Below the pieces are notes generated by a model. That model searched no databases, was not told the DNA's origin, and worked only from the letters and a program-made list of their open reading frames with translations. A stretch of 53,106 nt of DNA from Octopus sinensis (taxonomy: Eukaryota). Below are positions 11,984-24,536 of the stretch, piece by piece; position 1 is the stretch's first letter, and each line of letters opens with the position of its first letter. The stretch lies in assembly GCF_006345805.1 (NCBI RefSeq), contig NW_021833918.1, positions 1 to 53,106 of the forward strand, read 5' to 3'. The position numbers and the translations under genes were made by a program.

Positions 11984-12124
11984 GTATTAAAAAAATCCAC
12001 ACCCCCCCAAAAAAAGAAAAAAACTTTCACGTATTTTTCTTGTTTAGTTTCAGATTGGCCCACCCCTGTTGAATGAAACGCTGGTCAAAGACTAAGCATT
12101 TGTGTAATGGTTTCCTCCCTCATT

Positions 12125-12189
12125 GGAGCATAGTGGTTAAGAGCGCGGGCTACTAACCCCAAGATTCTGAGTTCGATTCCAAGCAGTGA

Positions 12190-12224
<35 letters not shown>

Positions 12225-13060
12225 GATGCATGTGTCTGGTGTACCCTTATCAGACGGGTAGTCATGATGGGTATACTGGGCTTCGTATATTTTACCCCAG
12301 TGTCACTTTGATGGCATGAACTGCTCTCTCACTCAATAATAATAATAATAGATGCCCTGATGCAGTACCAGGCAGTGGCTCTCGTGGCTCCTGATCTTAA
12401 CTGATTGGAAGTGTTATCATGTACATTGTTTTGTCTTGGTATAAAAGATGGGCTACAGCAAATATTCTGCTCAATACCACAGATTTGCTTGTCAGTTGTT
12501 TGACCTTAACCAGTTGAGCGTGTCCCTTGGTGGCTGACGATATGTGCATCTCTGATCATGAGCAGAAGTAGTGGGGGAGCATCATAGCCATGTGTTGAGA
12601 GGGATTCTTTGGGGTTTGGATAATTCACCTCTGGAAACATGGGTGGTTCGTTCAACATCCTTAAACAAACCTTATTCAGGGACCTTTTGAGCGGGATGGG
12701 CTACTCGACCAGAAGAAAATTCTAACTGGGTCCCACCTGCAAGGTCATATGCTGTTCATCTTGATATGAGATCACCATGTCACACACATATGGTTGCGAT
12801 GCATGTGCCTGGTGTACCCTTATCAGACAGGTAGTCATGATGGGTATACTGGGCTTTGTATATTTTACCCCAGTGTCACTTTGAATACATGCATGGCTCT
12901 CTCACTCAATAATAATAATAACATCGAAAAATACCTTAGGAATAAGAACCCAGTATTGATATTTCCTGAAGACACCTGATGAAGGCTGGAGGGTATATCA
13001 GCCGCAATGTTGTGATAACAACAAACAAGATGAGGACAAATATCCGTCAAATGTAGTGTA
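12125..13060 (+). mobile_element. tRNA-headed SINE (family D) with hammerhead-like tail, interrupted by two LINE 3' ends
   Basis: A box gcatagtggtt, B box gttcgattcc, (AAT)n; resumes at 12920 with acatcgaaaaatacc...ctgatgaaggctgg...cagcc; a tail fragment also occurs at 2684-2727. Confidence 0.6.
12225..12919 (+). mobile_element. Two tandem 5'-truncated copies of the same LINE 3' UTR with (AAT)n tails
   Basis: 12225-12350 matches 12798-12919; both end ctctcactc(aat)n. Confidence 0.7.
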
Positions 13061-13061
13061 G

Positions 13062-13605
13062 TAAGTAGCTTGCTAATCAACCACATGGTTCCGAGTTCAG
13101 TCCCACTGCGTGGCATCTTGGGCAAGTGTCTTCTGCTATAGCCCCGGGCCGACCAATACCTTGTGAGTGGATTTGGTAGACGGAAACTGAAAGAAGCCTG
13201 TCATATATATCTCTCTCTATATAAACGGCAGTTTGTCTGTGTGTGTGTCTGTGTGTCTGTCAGGTTGTACCCTCACCCTGACCTCGGCTTTCAACCGATT
13301 CTGATGAAACTTGACACACACATAGCCCAATGTCATAATTCAAAACTAACGCAGCGAAAATTTTGAAAAGTTCCCCCAGTTCTGAAAAAAATCGATAAAT
13401 TCGACATGGGGTCGAGAATCAGAAACACAAACCACAGACTGTCATGGGGACGCAACTCGACCTTTTTAACTCTCAAACAAAAATTTACCATAATTTTTTT
13501 CCATTTTTTTTGCTATTTTTTGGCTATAACTCTCTAAAAATGCTTTATAGTTATTTCCCTTACAAACCCGAGTAACGCCGGGCGATACTGCTAGTGTATA
13601 TATAC

Positions 13606-13640
<35 letters not shown>

Positions 13641-13848
13641 TATGTGTGTTTGTATGTCTGTGTTTGTCTCCCTAGCATTGCTTGACAACCGATGCTGGTG
13701 TGTTATGTCCCCGTTACTTAGCGGTTCGGCAAAAGAAACCGATAGAATACTGGGCTTACAAAGAATAAGTCCCAGGGTCGATTTGATCGACTAAAGGCGG
13801 TGCTCCAGCATGGCCACAGTCAAATGAATGAAACAAGTAAAAGAGTAA
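13062..13848 (+). mobile_element. SINE family B copy split by a Helentron-like insertion at its internal (TA)n
   Basis: 5' half 13062-13204; 3' half resumes at about 13596. Confidence 0.75.
13205..13595 (-). mobile_element. Helentron/DINE-like non-autonomous element
   Basis: Minus strand starts actagcagtatcgcccggcgttactcgg and ends with (CA/CAGA)n ... tttatatagagagagat. Confidence 0.55.
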
Positions 13849-14154
13849 TGTTTTAGCTTTGTTGTTTATCTCTAAGTAAGCCTTGTCTCAGCAGGCCTCG
13901 GGGCCAAAGGTTGTAGCATACCTAGAATGTATACCACTGAGGGCAACCCTTAAGTTTGTCACTATCCTCACAGCCAGACTCCCCAGGAGACTGCAAAGTA
14001 CTTCCCTCTATAAAAGCATTGCCCAGGATGGGCTCTGCAACCCTTACCCCCCACACTACTGGTTACAAGTGTTCTTGTAGCGATGACTCTTCACCTTTTT
14101 TTCGTTATCTGGCACAGTGTATCTAAGGTTACATTATCTAATGTGTACTTTTTG

Positions 14155-15260
14155 TTTAACCCTTGAAGCACTCAGAATACTCCGTTGCTTTCAATTAATC
14201 ATGCTTTATCTCATAGCTTTGAGATTTCAATAGTGTAGTTGTTTATTTTTAGAATGACATTGTAGGATAAGTGTGAGAGGCCAGTTTGGACATAAAACAG
14301 GTAGAAATATTTAGGCCAGATATGGCTGGTTTAACCTCTTAATGATAAACATTGCCCTTTCCAAGCCTAGCCAGGCTCATGGGCCCAGTTTCCCGGTTTC
14401 TGTGGTGTATGTGTTCCCCCCCCCCCCAGCTGGATGGGGCACCAGTCCATCGCAGCGTTACTCAAGAAACAGGAAGAGAGAGAGAGTGAGAGAAAGTTGT
14501 GGCGAAAGAGTACAACAGGGGTCGCCACCACCCCCTGCCGGAGCCTCGTGGAGCTTTTAGGTGTTTTCGCTCACTAAACACACACAACGCCCGGTCTGGG
14601 AATCGAAACCGCGATCCTCCGACTGTGAGTCCGCTGCCCTAACCACTGGGCCATTGCGCCTCCACGTTTAACCTCTTAGCATTCAGATTACTCTGTCGAA
14701 TGTCATTCTTATTACAAGGACATTGCAGGACAGGTGTGAGAGGCTGGAACTGGCTAGTTTGTACATAAAAACCCCTACAAAAATATGGCTGGTTTAGTCT
14801 CCTAGCATTCAGATTACTCCGTCAACACAATGTTTATTTATTCACAATGTTTTGAATTAATCCTGCTTTATCTCATAGCTTTGAGATTTCAGTGATATAG
14901 TTGTTTATTTTCAAAATGACATTGTGGGATAGGTGTGAGAGGTTGGATCTGGCCAATTTGACCATAAAACAGGCAGAATATTTGTGCCTCTTATGTCTGG
15001 TTTAACCTCTTAGCCATCAGATTGTTCTATCAGATATAATGCTTATTTATCCACATAGTTTTCAACTAATCCAGCGTTATCTCAGCTTTGAGATTTCGAT
15101 GGTGTGATTGTTCACTTTTAGAGTGACATTGTAGGATAGGTATGAGAGACTGGATCTGACCATTTTGCCATAAAACAGGTAGAATATTTTTGCTGGATAT
15201 GGCTGGTTTAACCTCTTAGCGTTCAGATTACTCTGTGAAATTTAGGGCTTATTTATTCAC
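14155..15260. mobile_element. Tandem array of a second TTAA-flanked non-autonomous element
   Basis: Repeating ttaacctcttagcattcagattactctg...gacattgtaggataggtgtgagagg...cataaaacagg units; related pieces at 8515-8790, 15790-16010, 20640-20870 and 30175-30390. Confidence 0.6.
14342..14667 (-). mobile_element. tRNA-derived SINE with V-domain-like core (family E)
   Basis: Minus strand ggaggcgcaatggcccagtggttagggcagcgg...ggtttcgattccc, then gctgcgatggactggtgccccatccag; second copy at 42305-42585 (-). Confidence 0.65.
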
Positions 15261-15261
15261 A

Positions 15262-15788
15262 ACTAGCACTATGACCCGGCATGCTAGGTCATAGTGCTAG
15301 TGCATGCATATACAGCTGTGTGCGTGCGCACATACACGCGAGTACTGTCCAAATCTCTGACCAATCACATACAGCTAGTTGGCATTGAATTGGTGTATCA
15401 AGTTTCAGGCATTTTGATTAGGTTTTGGATAGAAAATTCACAAAAAAGTCACTTCTATTGATTTTTTGATGGCTTTGCGGGGTGACTGGGGAAATGTAAA
15501 GATGTGCACGACCACCCTTGGACGGTTTTGAATGACCATAGAAAGTGCGAGCCCTCTAACTGAAAAATTGTGGATTTGTATAAAGGACACACACACACAT
15601 TTTGCCGTTTATATATATATTTAATGGCTTTGCGGGGAGACTGGAGAAATGTAAAGATGTGCACGACCACCCTTGGACGGTTTTGAATAACCATTCAAAG
15701 TGCAATCCCTCTAACTGAAAAATTGTGGGTTTGTATAAAGGACACACACACAGACAGACAGACATTTTGCCGTTTATATATATAGAGA
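15262..15788 (+). mobile_element. Helentron/DINE-like element with 5' hairpin and internal tandem repeats
   Basis: actagcactatgacc-10nt-ggtcatagtgctagt; about 150-bp internal units repeated; ends gccgtttatatatatagagat. Confidence 0.6.
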
Positions 15789-16754
15789 TGTTTTGAATTA
15801 ATCATATGTTATCCTGTAGCTTTGAGATTTCAATGATGTGATTGTTTATTTTTAAAAATGACATTGCAGGGTAGGTGTGAGTGGCTGGATCTGGCCAGTT
15901 TGAATTTTTTAGAATGACATTGTAGGATAGGTGTGAGAGGCTGGATCTGGCCAGTTTGAACATAGAATAGGTTTGAATATTTCGGCTGGTCATGGCTGGT
16001 TTAAGTGGCAAAACGTTAAGACAGTAGAGTGGGATCTGAGTAGGGTTTTGGCTGCTATTTCTTGCGGCTCTGACAATTGCACAGTGGCTCTCTTGTTCAA
16101 CTTTCACACGACGATGATGATGATTATGATTATGATGAACTACATAAAAACGAATAAAAATAACCTGTAATGTACAAAGCTATGTAGTTCACTCCCCCCC
16201 CCAGCTTTCTCTTCTTCCTCGTTGCTGTCTGTCTGTCTGTCTGTCACCTCTTTCTTTCCTTCTCTTATTCTGTCTTTCTGTTGCAACAGATGGGACTCGA
16301 TAAATTAAAAAGCACACATACGCACACACATATACACACATACACATACACGCACACATATACACACACACATACACATGCATACACACGCATACACTCA
16401 CACACATATACACTCACACACATACTCACACACACATTCACACACACACGCATACAGATACACACACACACAAACATATACGCACACACATACGCACACA
16501 CATACACACACATACGCACACACATACACACACATACACACACACACACAACATTATTCTAATTATCCCTGCTTTTTATGATCTCGTTTGACTAATCACC
16601 GTCGTCGGGTGACCAGTGTTGTTGTTGTTACAGTTGTTGTCGTTGAGGTGATGGCAGCGGTGTGAATGCCGTTGGTACCATTTGTTGGTGGTGGTGGTCA
16701 TATTGTGACTGCTCTCTCACTGTAATTTATGCTTCTCTTGTGTTCACATAATCG

Positions 16755-16805
16755 TTAGTAGTTGTAGTAGTAGTAGCAGTAGTAGTAGTAGTGGTAGTAG
16801 TAGCG

Positions 16806-16842
<37 letters not shown>

Positions 16843-16903
16843 CGGTAGTAGTAGCAGCTGCAGCAGTAGTAGTAGTAGTAGTAGTGGTAGTAGTAGCAGC
16901 AGC

Positions 16904-16938
<35 letters not shown>

Positions 16939-17380
16939 TAGCAGCAGTTTAGCAGTAGTAGTAGCAGCAGTAGTAGTAGTAGTAGTAGCGGTAGTAGTAG
17001 CAGCTGCAGCAGTAGTAGTAGTAGTAGTAGTAGTGGCAGCAGCAGCAGTAGTAGTAGTAGTAGCGGTAGTAGTAGCAGCTGCAGCAGTAGTAGTAGTAGT
17101 AGTAGTAGTGGCAGCAGCAGCAGTAGTAGTAGTAGTAGTAGCAGTAGTAGTAGTAGTAGTAGTAGTAGCAGTGGTAGTAGTAGTAGTAGCAGTAGTAGTA
17201 GTAGTAGTAGCAGTAGTAGTAGTAGTAGTAGTAGTAGCAGTGGTAGTAGTAGTAGTAGCAGCAGTAATAGTAGTAGTAGCAGCAGTAATAGTAGTAGTAG
17301 CAGCAGCAGCAGTAGTAGTAGTACTAGTGACTACAATGTTGCTGGTTGTAGTAGTAGTAGTAGTAGTAGTAGTAGTTGTC
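16755..17380. repeat. (AGT/AGC)n trinucleotide microsatellite
   Basis: Direct inspection; source of the poly-T/V/L ORFs. Confidence 0.95.
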
Positions 17381-17779
17381 ATACTTCACTAAATACATTA
17401 GTCTCCTCTTCCCTCATTTCTCACCACCACCACCACCACCACCACCAGGTACCAGCTATGTTTTACTGCCACCCCCACCCACCCCCTCTCCACACCACTG
17501 TCACTCACACTGGTATACTTTTCAGTCATTGTACATTTTGTGCGTGTAACAACCAGACCAAAGATCTTCATTTCTCTCTGCCTGTCTATCCTTCTTCTGT
17601 TTGTCATTTGACCTAGTCTGCTTTTCGGCCTATTATCCACCTATTAAGCTTCTCTGATTGCCTGGTTTTAAACTATTTCATTTATCTGATTGTCACTCTA
17701 GTTATTTTAGCTATCTTTTTACCAATCTGGTTATTTATCTGGCTATCTTTTACCTGTCGCAATCAGTCAGATAGCCATT

Positions 17780-18300
17780 TAGCTGCCTGATTGCTGTCTT
17801 GCTATTTAGTTATCGAATTGCCTTTCCAGTATTCAACTATCTCATTGCCATCTAGCTATTTAGCAATCTGCATACCTATCTAGCTATTTAGCAATCTGCT
17901 TGCCTGTCTAGTTATTTAGCTATCTGCCTGCCTATCTAATTATTTAGCCATCTCTTTATCTGCCTAGATATTTAGCTATCTTATCTGTCTACATGTTTAG
18001 TTATATACTTGCTTGTCTAGTTATTTAGCTATCTGCTTGCCTGTCTAGCTATTTAGCTATCTGTTTATCTGTCAAGTTACTTAGCTATCTGCTTGCCTGT
18101 CTAGCTATTTAGCTATCTGCTTGCTTGTCTAGTTATTTAGCTATTTGCTTGCCTGTCTAGTTACTTAGCTATCTGCTTGCCTATCTAATTATTTAACTAT
18201 CTGTTTGCCTATCTAGTTATTTAGCCATCTCCTTATCTGCCTAGATATTTAGCTATCTTATCTATCTAGCTATTTAGCTATCTGCTTCCCTGTTGAGCCT
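17780..18300. repeat. Minisatellite, about 28-32 bp unit (tctagctatttagctatctgcttgcctg)
   Basis: Direct inspection. Confidence 0.9.
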
Positions 18301-19105
18301 TATGCTGAGCCAATTGTCTATCTATTTAACTGTCTAATTGCCCATCTATCTATACGGTTTTCTGCTTGTCCCTGGAACTATCTTTCAGTTACCCAGCTGA
18401 ACATTAGTATTTAGCTACCAAGTTGCCTGCCTGGTTATCTAACCATCTACCTGTCTGTTTTCCCTGGTCATTTTGTAACTCTCCGCATTATAGTACATGT
18501 CCATTTTTTGTCTGTCCATTTTCTCAGTAACCAATGGTAGCTGCTACATGTGTGCTCTTAGAATCCTTTGCCAGTTCCCCATGTTGCAGGAGTATTGATA
18601 TTCTAGGGCTCGGCAGTTGGGGAGGCACTGTGTGGAAGCCCATTGTGTGGGTGTAGGTGTGGGTGTGTGTGTGGGGGGTGTCTGTCTCCCACATTGCTTG
18701 ACAACTGGTGTTGGTTTGTTTATGTCCCAGTAACTTGGCAGTTCAGCAAAAGAAACTGACAGAATAAGTACAAGACTTGACCCCCCCCCCCCAAAAAAAA
18801 AAACCAAGTTCCAGTGTTGACTTATTTGACTAAACACTTCCAGACAGTGCCCCAGCATGGCCACGGTTCAATGACTGAAAGAAAAAAAAAATATAGGCAT
18901 AAGCATGGCTGTGTGGTAAATCATCATTTATTTAGTGTCTGCTTTCCATGCTGGCATGGATTAGACATCCTCGTAACTTAGCGGTTCGGCAAAAGTTACT
19001 GATAGAATAAGTACTAGGCTTACAAAGAATAAGTCCTGGGGTCGATTTGTTCGACCAAAGGCGGTGCTCCAGCATGGCCGCAGTCAAATGACTGAAACAA
19101 ATAAA

Positions 19106-19524
19106 GGGTCTTTTCGGTTTGACCGGCAGTTTTTTAAAATAATTTCCACGTAACTAAACACTTTTAAACTTCATATACTGGTAGAATGTGTCAAAATAAA
19201 ACATCATTTTTTCTTGGCTTTATTGAGAAAATTCTATAGTTTGTAAGATATCTGTTGTTTTTTGTCTTCATTTTCTGCAATTTCAACCCATCACTGACAT
19301 CTATTGAGGTAAAAAACATTCTGTGCCGTATGAATATGTCCCTCGTTTAAGAAACAGATTGGGTTTATTTACATTTCTGAAGAAAAAAAAGATACCCTCC
19401 CCCCACCCCTAACCCTAACCCTAAAACAGATTGAAATGCAATAGATCGATACTAGGGTCATAATTATGGGTGACAATTTCATGACACCGCTAGAAAAAAC
19501 TACCGTTCAAACCGAAAAGATCCC
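19106..19524. mobile_element. MITE with about 30-bp TIRs inserted in a SINE B tail
   Basis: gggtcttttcggtttgaccggcagtttttt / aaaaaactaccgttcaaaccgaaaagatccc; aaataaa on both sides; internal (CCCTAA)n. Confidence 0.8.
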
Positions 19525-19959
19525 AAATAAAAGAGTAAAAGAATACAAACACACACACACATACAGACATATATAACATGCATGCATGCGTGTGTGTGAG
19601 ATACTGTCGTGGGAACCTGGCAAAGTGGACATCAAAATGATAACAGTATCGTATCAGCGAAGGGAGATAACTGTTGCAATGCTTGTGAAATGGGCAAATT
19701 GAAAAATATCGATTTGAAGCGAAACATTCTTAACTTATTTCGTTTTTGGATTTGGTTTGCAAGATTCTTTATATGAGTTCGTGTGTTGAAGCATATTCTG
19801 AGAGTCAAAACTATTGAAAAGGTTGCAAGACGCAACGAAAATTTTAGGGAGATAAAAATAAGAAAAAAGTGGAAATTTTACTGGTGAATGTGTTACATAA
19901 TAAGGCACAAAAAGTGAATGACTCTCCCCAGACACAACAGAATTCTTAACTTATGTTCT

Positions 19960-20640
19960 TCCGTTTGACTTTCGATCTCTCAATTCACTGTTTTATTTAA
20001 GTGTGAAAAGTCTGGCTGCATCCGAAAAAATACGACAAGGCTTGGTCGCCCAGAACGCTGTTTTGGCTGTATTATTCCACGAAGAGTTGCATTTTTATAA
20101 ATTCGCGCTGGTATATTGCCGTCTACTTGAAAGGCATTGCAAAGATCACTCATTGTTTCATTTGCGACCCCGTCTTTAATTTGCTGGTAGCGTAAGAAGT
20201 ATTGCCAGTCTATCTCTCTCTCACTAATTTGTTCACCTCGCCTGCGAGCCATCTAAAGTTAATAATGATTCTGCTAATTCCACGTGTAAACATGTGTTGA
20301 ATAGAACTCGCTGAATAAATCTTAATTAACTGGGTTGTCAATTGTATGCACCTGACATATGTTAACGTGTATGCAGCCAGACTTCCCACACAGAGGATAC
20401 ATTTTAACACAGACTCTTGGGTAGACTTAGAATACAGTTCGTTGGATAAGATATCCTTGATGAACGTCTCCAATGGGGTGTGAAATTTCTCAGTTCAGTT
20501 GTTACTGTTAGCTGCCAAAATTCCTATGGTTTATCCATGGGTTCTGTTTCCATGTTTGGTTCGGTGGCTGGCACCATTGTAGGCAGCTCTGTGACGGGTC
20601 AGGTGGGCATGGTCAAGGTTTCTTTCAACCCTTCAGCATT
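19960..20640 (-). mobile_element. Possible decayed Penelope-like RT fragment
   Basis: FTPLETFIKDIL and YQQIKDGVA resemble the PLE RT motifs FTNVPLEETI and YxQxDGVAMG; frameshifted; a Tc1 N-terminus (RSGRP) is an alternative reading. Confidence 0.3.
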
Positions 20641-20971
20641 CAAACCACTCATATCCAGTATTCGACCTGTTCTATGTTCAAACTGACCGGATCTGACTTC
20701 TCACACTTACCTTACAATGTCATTTCTAAAAATAAACAACCATATCATCAAAATGTCAAAGCTACGAGATAATGCAGGATTAATTCAAAACGGTATGAAT
20801 AAATAAGCATTACATTGGACAGAGTAACCTGGCCAGATCCAACCTCTTGCACCTACCCTACAATGTCAGTCATGAATCATTGGCTGTAGGAAAAGATGTG
20901 TAAGCTAGTGGGGAATGTATTTATGAGATAAAGCAACAACAAGAAACAACTCCTTTTGAAATTGACTGTGG

Positions 20972-21515
20972 AGTAAGAAGCTTGCTTTCCAACCACATGG
21001 TTCTGGGTTCAATCTCACTGCGTGGTACCTTGGCCAAGTGTCTTCTACTATAGCCTTAGGCTGACCAAAGCCTTGTGAGTGGATTTGGTAGACGGAAACT
21101 GAAAGAAGCCCATTATATATATATCATCATCATCATCATCATTTAACGTCCGTTTTCCATGCTTTCCATGGGTCGGACGATTTGTCTGAGGACTGGTGAA
21201 CCAGGTAGCTGCGCCAGGCTCCAATCTTGATCTGGCAGAGTTTCTACAGCGGGATGCCCTTCCTAATGCCAACCACTCCGTGAGTGTAGTAGGTGCTTTA
21301 ACGTGCCACCGGCACAAGGGCCAGTCTGGCGGCACTGGCAATGTGTGTGTCTGTTTGTCCCTCCAACATTCCTTGACAACCAATGCTGGTGTGTTTATGT
21401 CCCTGTAACTTAGCAGTTTGGCAAAAGGGTTCAATAGAATAAATCCTAGGGTCGATTTGTTCGACTAAAACCCTTCAAGGCATTGCCACAGTCTAATCGC
21501 TGAAACATGAAAAAG
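20972..21515 (+). mobile_element. SINE family B copy split by a family C copy (21123-21340)
   Basis: Family B sequence stops at the (TA)n tract and resumes at about 21340. Confidence 0.75.
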
Positions 21516-21653
21516 ATAAGGCCCCATATGTCACTGACCGCAGACTTTTTTCACAGAACCTCAAGGTTCAAAGGTGCTCCTTTTGAAAACCATTACCATA
21601 TTCTTCCCTTTCTGTTGAACAGTCAGCTAATCTCCGATCTGTTTCTTTTGCAG

Positions 21654-21746
21654 CATGTGCCTTCAGAAATCTATTGGTACTACCTTGTCGAGCTGTCTTA
21701 CTATGTTGGTTCCAGCCTCATGCATTTCACCGATGTTCGCAAGAAG
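21654..21746 (+). CDS. CERS: Ceramide synthase exon
   Basis: cttttgcAG|...aag|GTaag; 93 bp; HVPSEIYWYYLVELSYYVGSSLMHFTDVRKK. Confidence 0.95.
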
Positions 21747-21997
21747 GTAAGAACCCCTGGAATCAGTGCGTGTGTGTGTTGGTGTGTGTCTGTGTGTGTG
21801 GAGCAATGTCTAGTTGTGTATATGTACGTGTGTGGAGCAGTGCGCATGTATGTAGTTGTGTGGGTGTTTGAGGGTGTAACGGTGCGTGTTTGGCACTGTA
21901 TGTGTGAGAGTGACAATATGTGTATAGGTGTGTGCTTGTGGGTATCTGTACATATCTATGTGTTTGGTTGTATGTGAATATGCATGGATATATACCT

Positions 21998-22220
21998 ATT
22001 TCTTTACTGCCCACAAGGGGCTAAACACAGAGGGGACAAACAAGGACAGACAGACGGATTAAGTCGATTATATCGACCCCAGTGCGTAACTGGTACTTAA
22101 TTTATCGACCCCCGAAAGGATGAAAGGCAAAGTCGACCTCGGCGGAATTTGAACTCAGAACGTAGCGGCAGACGAAATACCGCTAAGCATTTCGCCCGGC
22201 GTGCTAACAATTCTGCCAGT
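21998..22220 (-). mobile_element. SINE family A copy
   Basis: Reverse complement of 4967-5188. Confidence 0.85.
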
Positions 22221-22583
22221 GTGCACACACCGACATGAACTCTCTTGCACGCACACAGACGCACTCTCTTGCACACACTCTCTCTCACACACACACTCTC
22301 ACATACACACACACACACTCTCACATGCACACGCACACACACACACTCTTGCACACGCACACACACACACTCTTGCACAAACACACACATACACTCTTGC
22401 ACAAACACACACACACTCTCACATACACACACTCTCTTGCAAATACACATACACATGTACTCTCTCTCTCTCACATACACACACTCACACACGCACACAC
22501 CTATACACATGCACTCCCTCACACTCACAGCTAAGAATACATACACATACATAGTTTCTCTTGAATGCAGACTCACATGATCA

Positions 22584-22618
<35 letters not shown>

Positions 22619-22879
22619 TCCATAACCAGAGCCAAGTTGTGTCCAGTCCATCCCATAATCCCTCAAACAAAAGACAGAACTAATCAGATTAGCCAATTGC
22701 CAAGACCAGATTAATTAGACAAATTACTTTTCCCTTTCAACTTCATCCTTAAAAGATGTTTCATTCACCCCCCCTCTCCCTCCCCCATCTCTCTCTCTCT
22801 CTGCAACTTTTCCTTCTCCTTCTCATTACTTCTGTCCGTTTGACTATACTTACCTCTCTCTCTCTCTTCTTTCTCTACC

Positions 22880-23557
22880 TACATATATATATATATGTAT
22901 ATATATATATGTATATATGTATATATATATATATATGTATATATATATGTATATATATATGTATATATATATGTATATATATGTATATATATATGTATAT
23001 ATATATGTATATATATATGTATATGTATATATATGTATATATATGTATATATATGTATATATATATGTATATATATATGTATATGTATATATATGTATAT
23101 GTATATATATATGTATATGTATATATATGTATATATATGTATATATATGTATATATATATGTATATATATATGTATATGTATATATATGTATATGTATAT
23201 ATATATGTATATGTATATATATATGTATATATATAGTATATGTATATATATGTATATATATATGTATATGTATATATATGTATATATATGTATATGTATA
23301 TATATGTGTATATATATGTATATGTATATATATGTGTATATATATGTATATGTATATATATGTGTATATATATGTATATATATATGTATGTGTATATATA
23401 TGTATATGTATATATATGTATATATATATGTATATATATATATATGTATAATATATATATATGTATGTATATTATATATATATATGTATATATATTATAT
23501 ATGTATATATATATATATAGTATATATATATATATATATGTATAATATATATATATG

Positions 23558-23588
<31 letters not shown>

Positions 23589-23660
23589 TATATGTATATG
23601 TATATATATATGTATATGTATATATATATGTATATGTATATGTATATATATATATGATAT

Positions 23661-23700
<40 letters not shown>

Positions 23701-23712
23701 GTATATATATAC
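22880..23712. repeat. (TA/TATG)n microsatellite
   Basis: Direct inspection; similar tracts at 280-750, 28145-28700 and 45950-46262. Confidence 0.95.
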
Positions 23713-24441
23713 ACTTTATTTAAAAGCAGCAGAAATATAACAAAGGCTGTTACTCAGAGTTTCATGTTCCCGATCGTTGGACACGTCTTGTTAAGATAGA
23801 ACAGAAATAACAATTTGATCGAAACTCGTTAAAGGATTCACCTTTAAAAATGGATTTGTTTCATTGGTCCTTTCAATCAACAGTCTTAAGCATGCGATAA
23901 ACAAAATTAACAAAATAAATGAATTCAATAAAAATTATAAAAATCGAGGAAAAACCTTAAATCGAAGAGCGAATCCAAAATACATATTGTCATTAATTAT
24001 ATAGTAATACGGAGATGTACTTGCATAGCAAGTGACCTGATCTGAGATCGTGTGCAGAAACAAAAACTATTGCAGCGTGGAAGGTGTTTGTAAGCCATTT
24101 AAGAAACACACAAAAGCCGTTCGATTCACTCCAACATTTAAGTTTAATTTGTCAAAATATTTTCGTCGCTTTGAGACCGTGACCTGTTCACTGACAACAT
24201 TCCGTGCTGCATGTATAGAAATATAATTCGATTAATACAATTAATACGTAAAAGTTAAAATATTTCACAACAGTATATACTCATTCTAAACCATCAATAT
24301 ATATATTTGTATATATCTATGTATATATATTTGATTAGAGGTTGTGTTAACCTTATGAAGGGATGGTTTTGTCCCCAAAGAAATACTGGTCCAATACCTA
24401 GTATTTTTGGGGAATTAATTTCCTTAAAATAATAGGTATAG

Positions 24442-24513
24442 TCCTCAGTAGTATAGTGGTAAGTATCCCTACCGGTCATGCGGGAGACTGGGGTTCAATT
24501 CCCCACCGGGAAA
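24442..24513 (+). pseudogene. tRNA-Asp(GTC) pseudogene
   Basis: 72-nt cloverleaf TCCTCAGTAGTATAGTGG...GTC...GGGGTTCAATTCCCC; about 13 differences from the canonical metazoan tRNA-Asp as I recall it; mismatches in acceptor and anticodon stems; U33 replaced by G. Confidence 0.75.
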
Positions 24514-24536
24514 GTCAGTGCTTTTATGTATAAATA

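Noticed and set aside
19407-19423. (CCCTAA)n telomere-like repeat
   Set aside because: Only about 3 units and internal to a MITE
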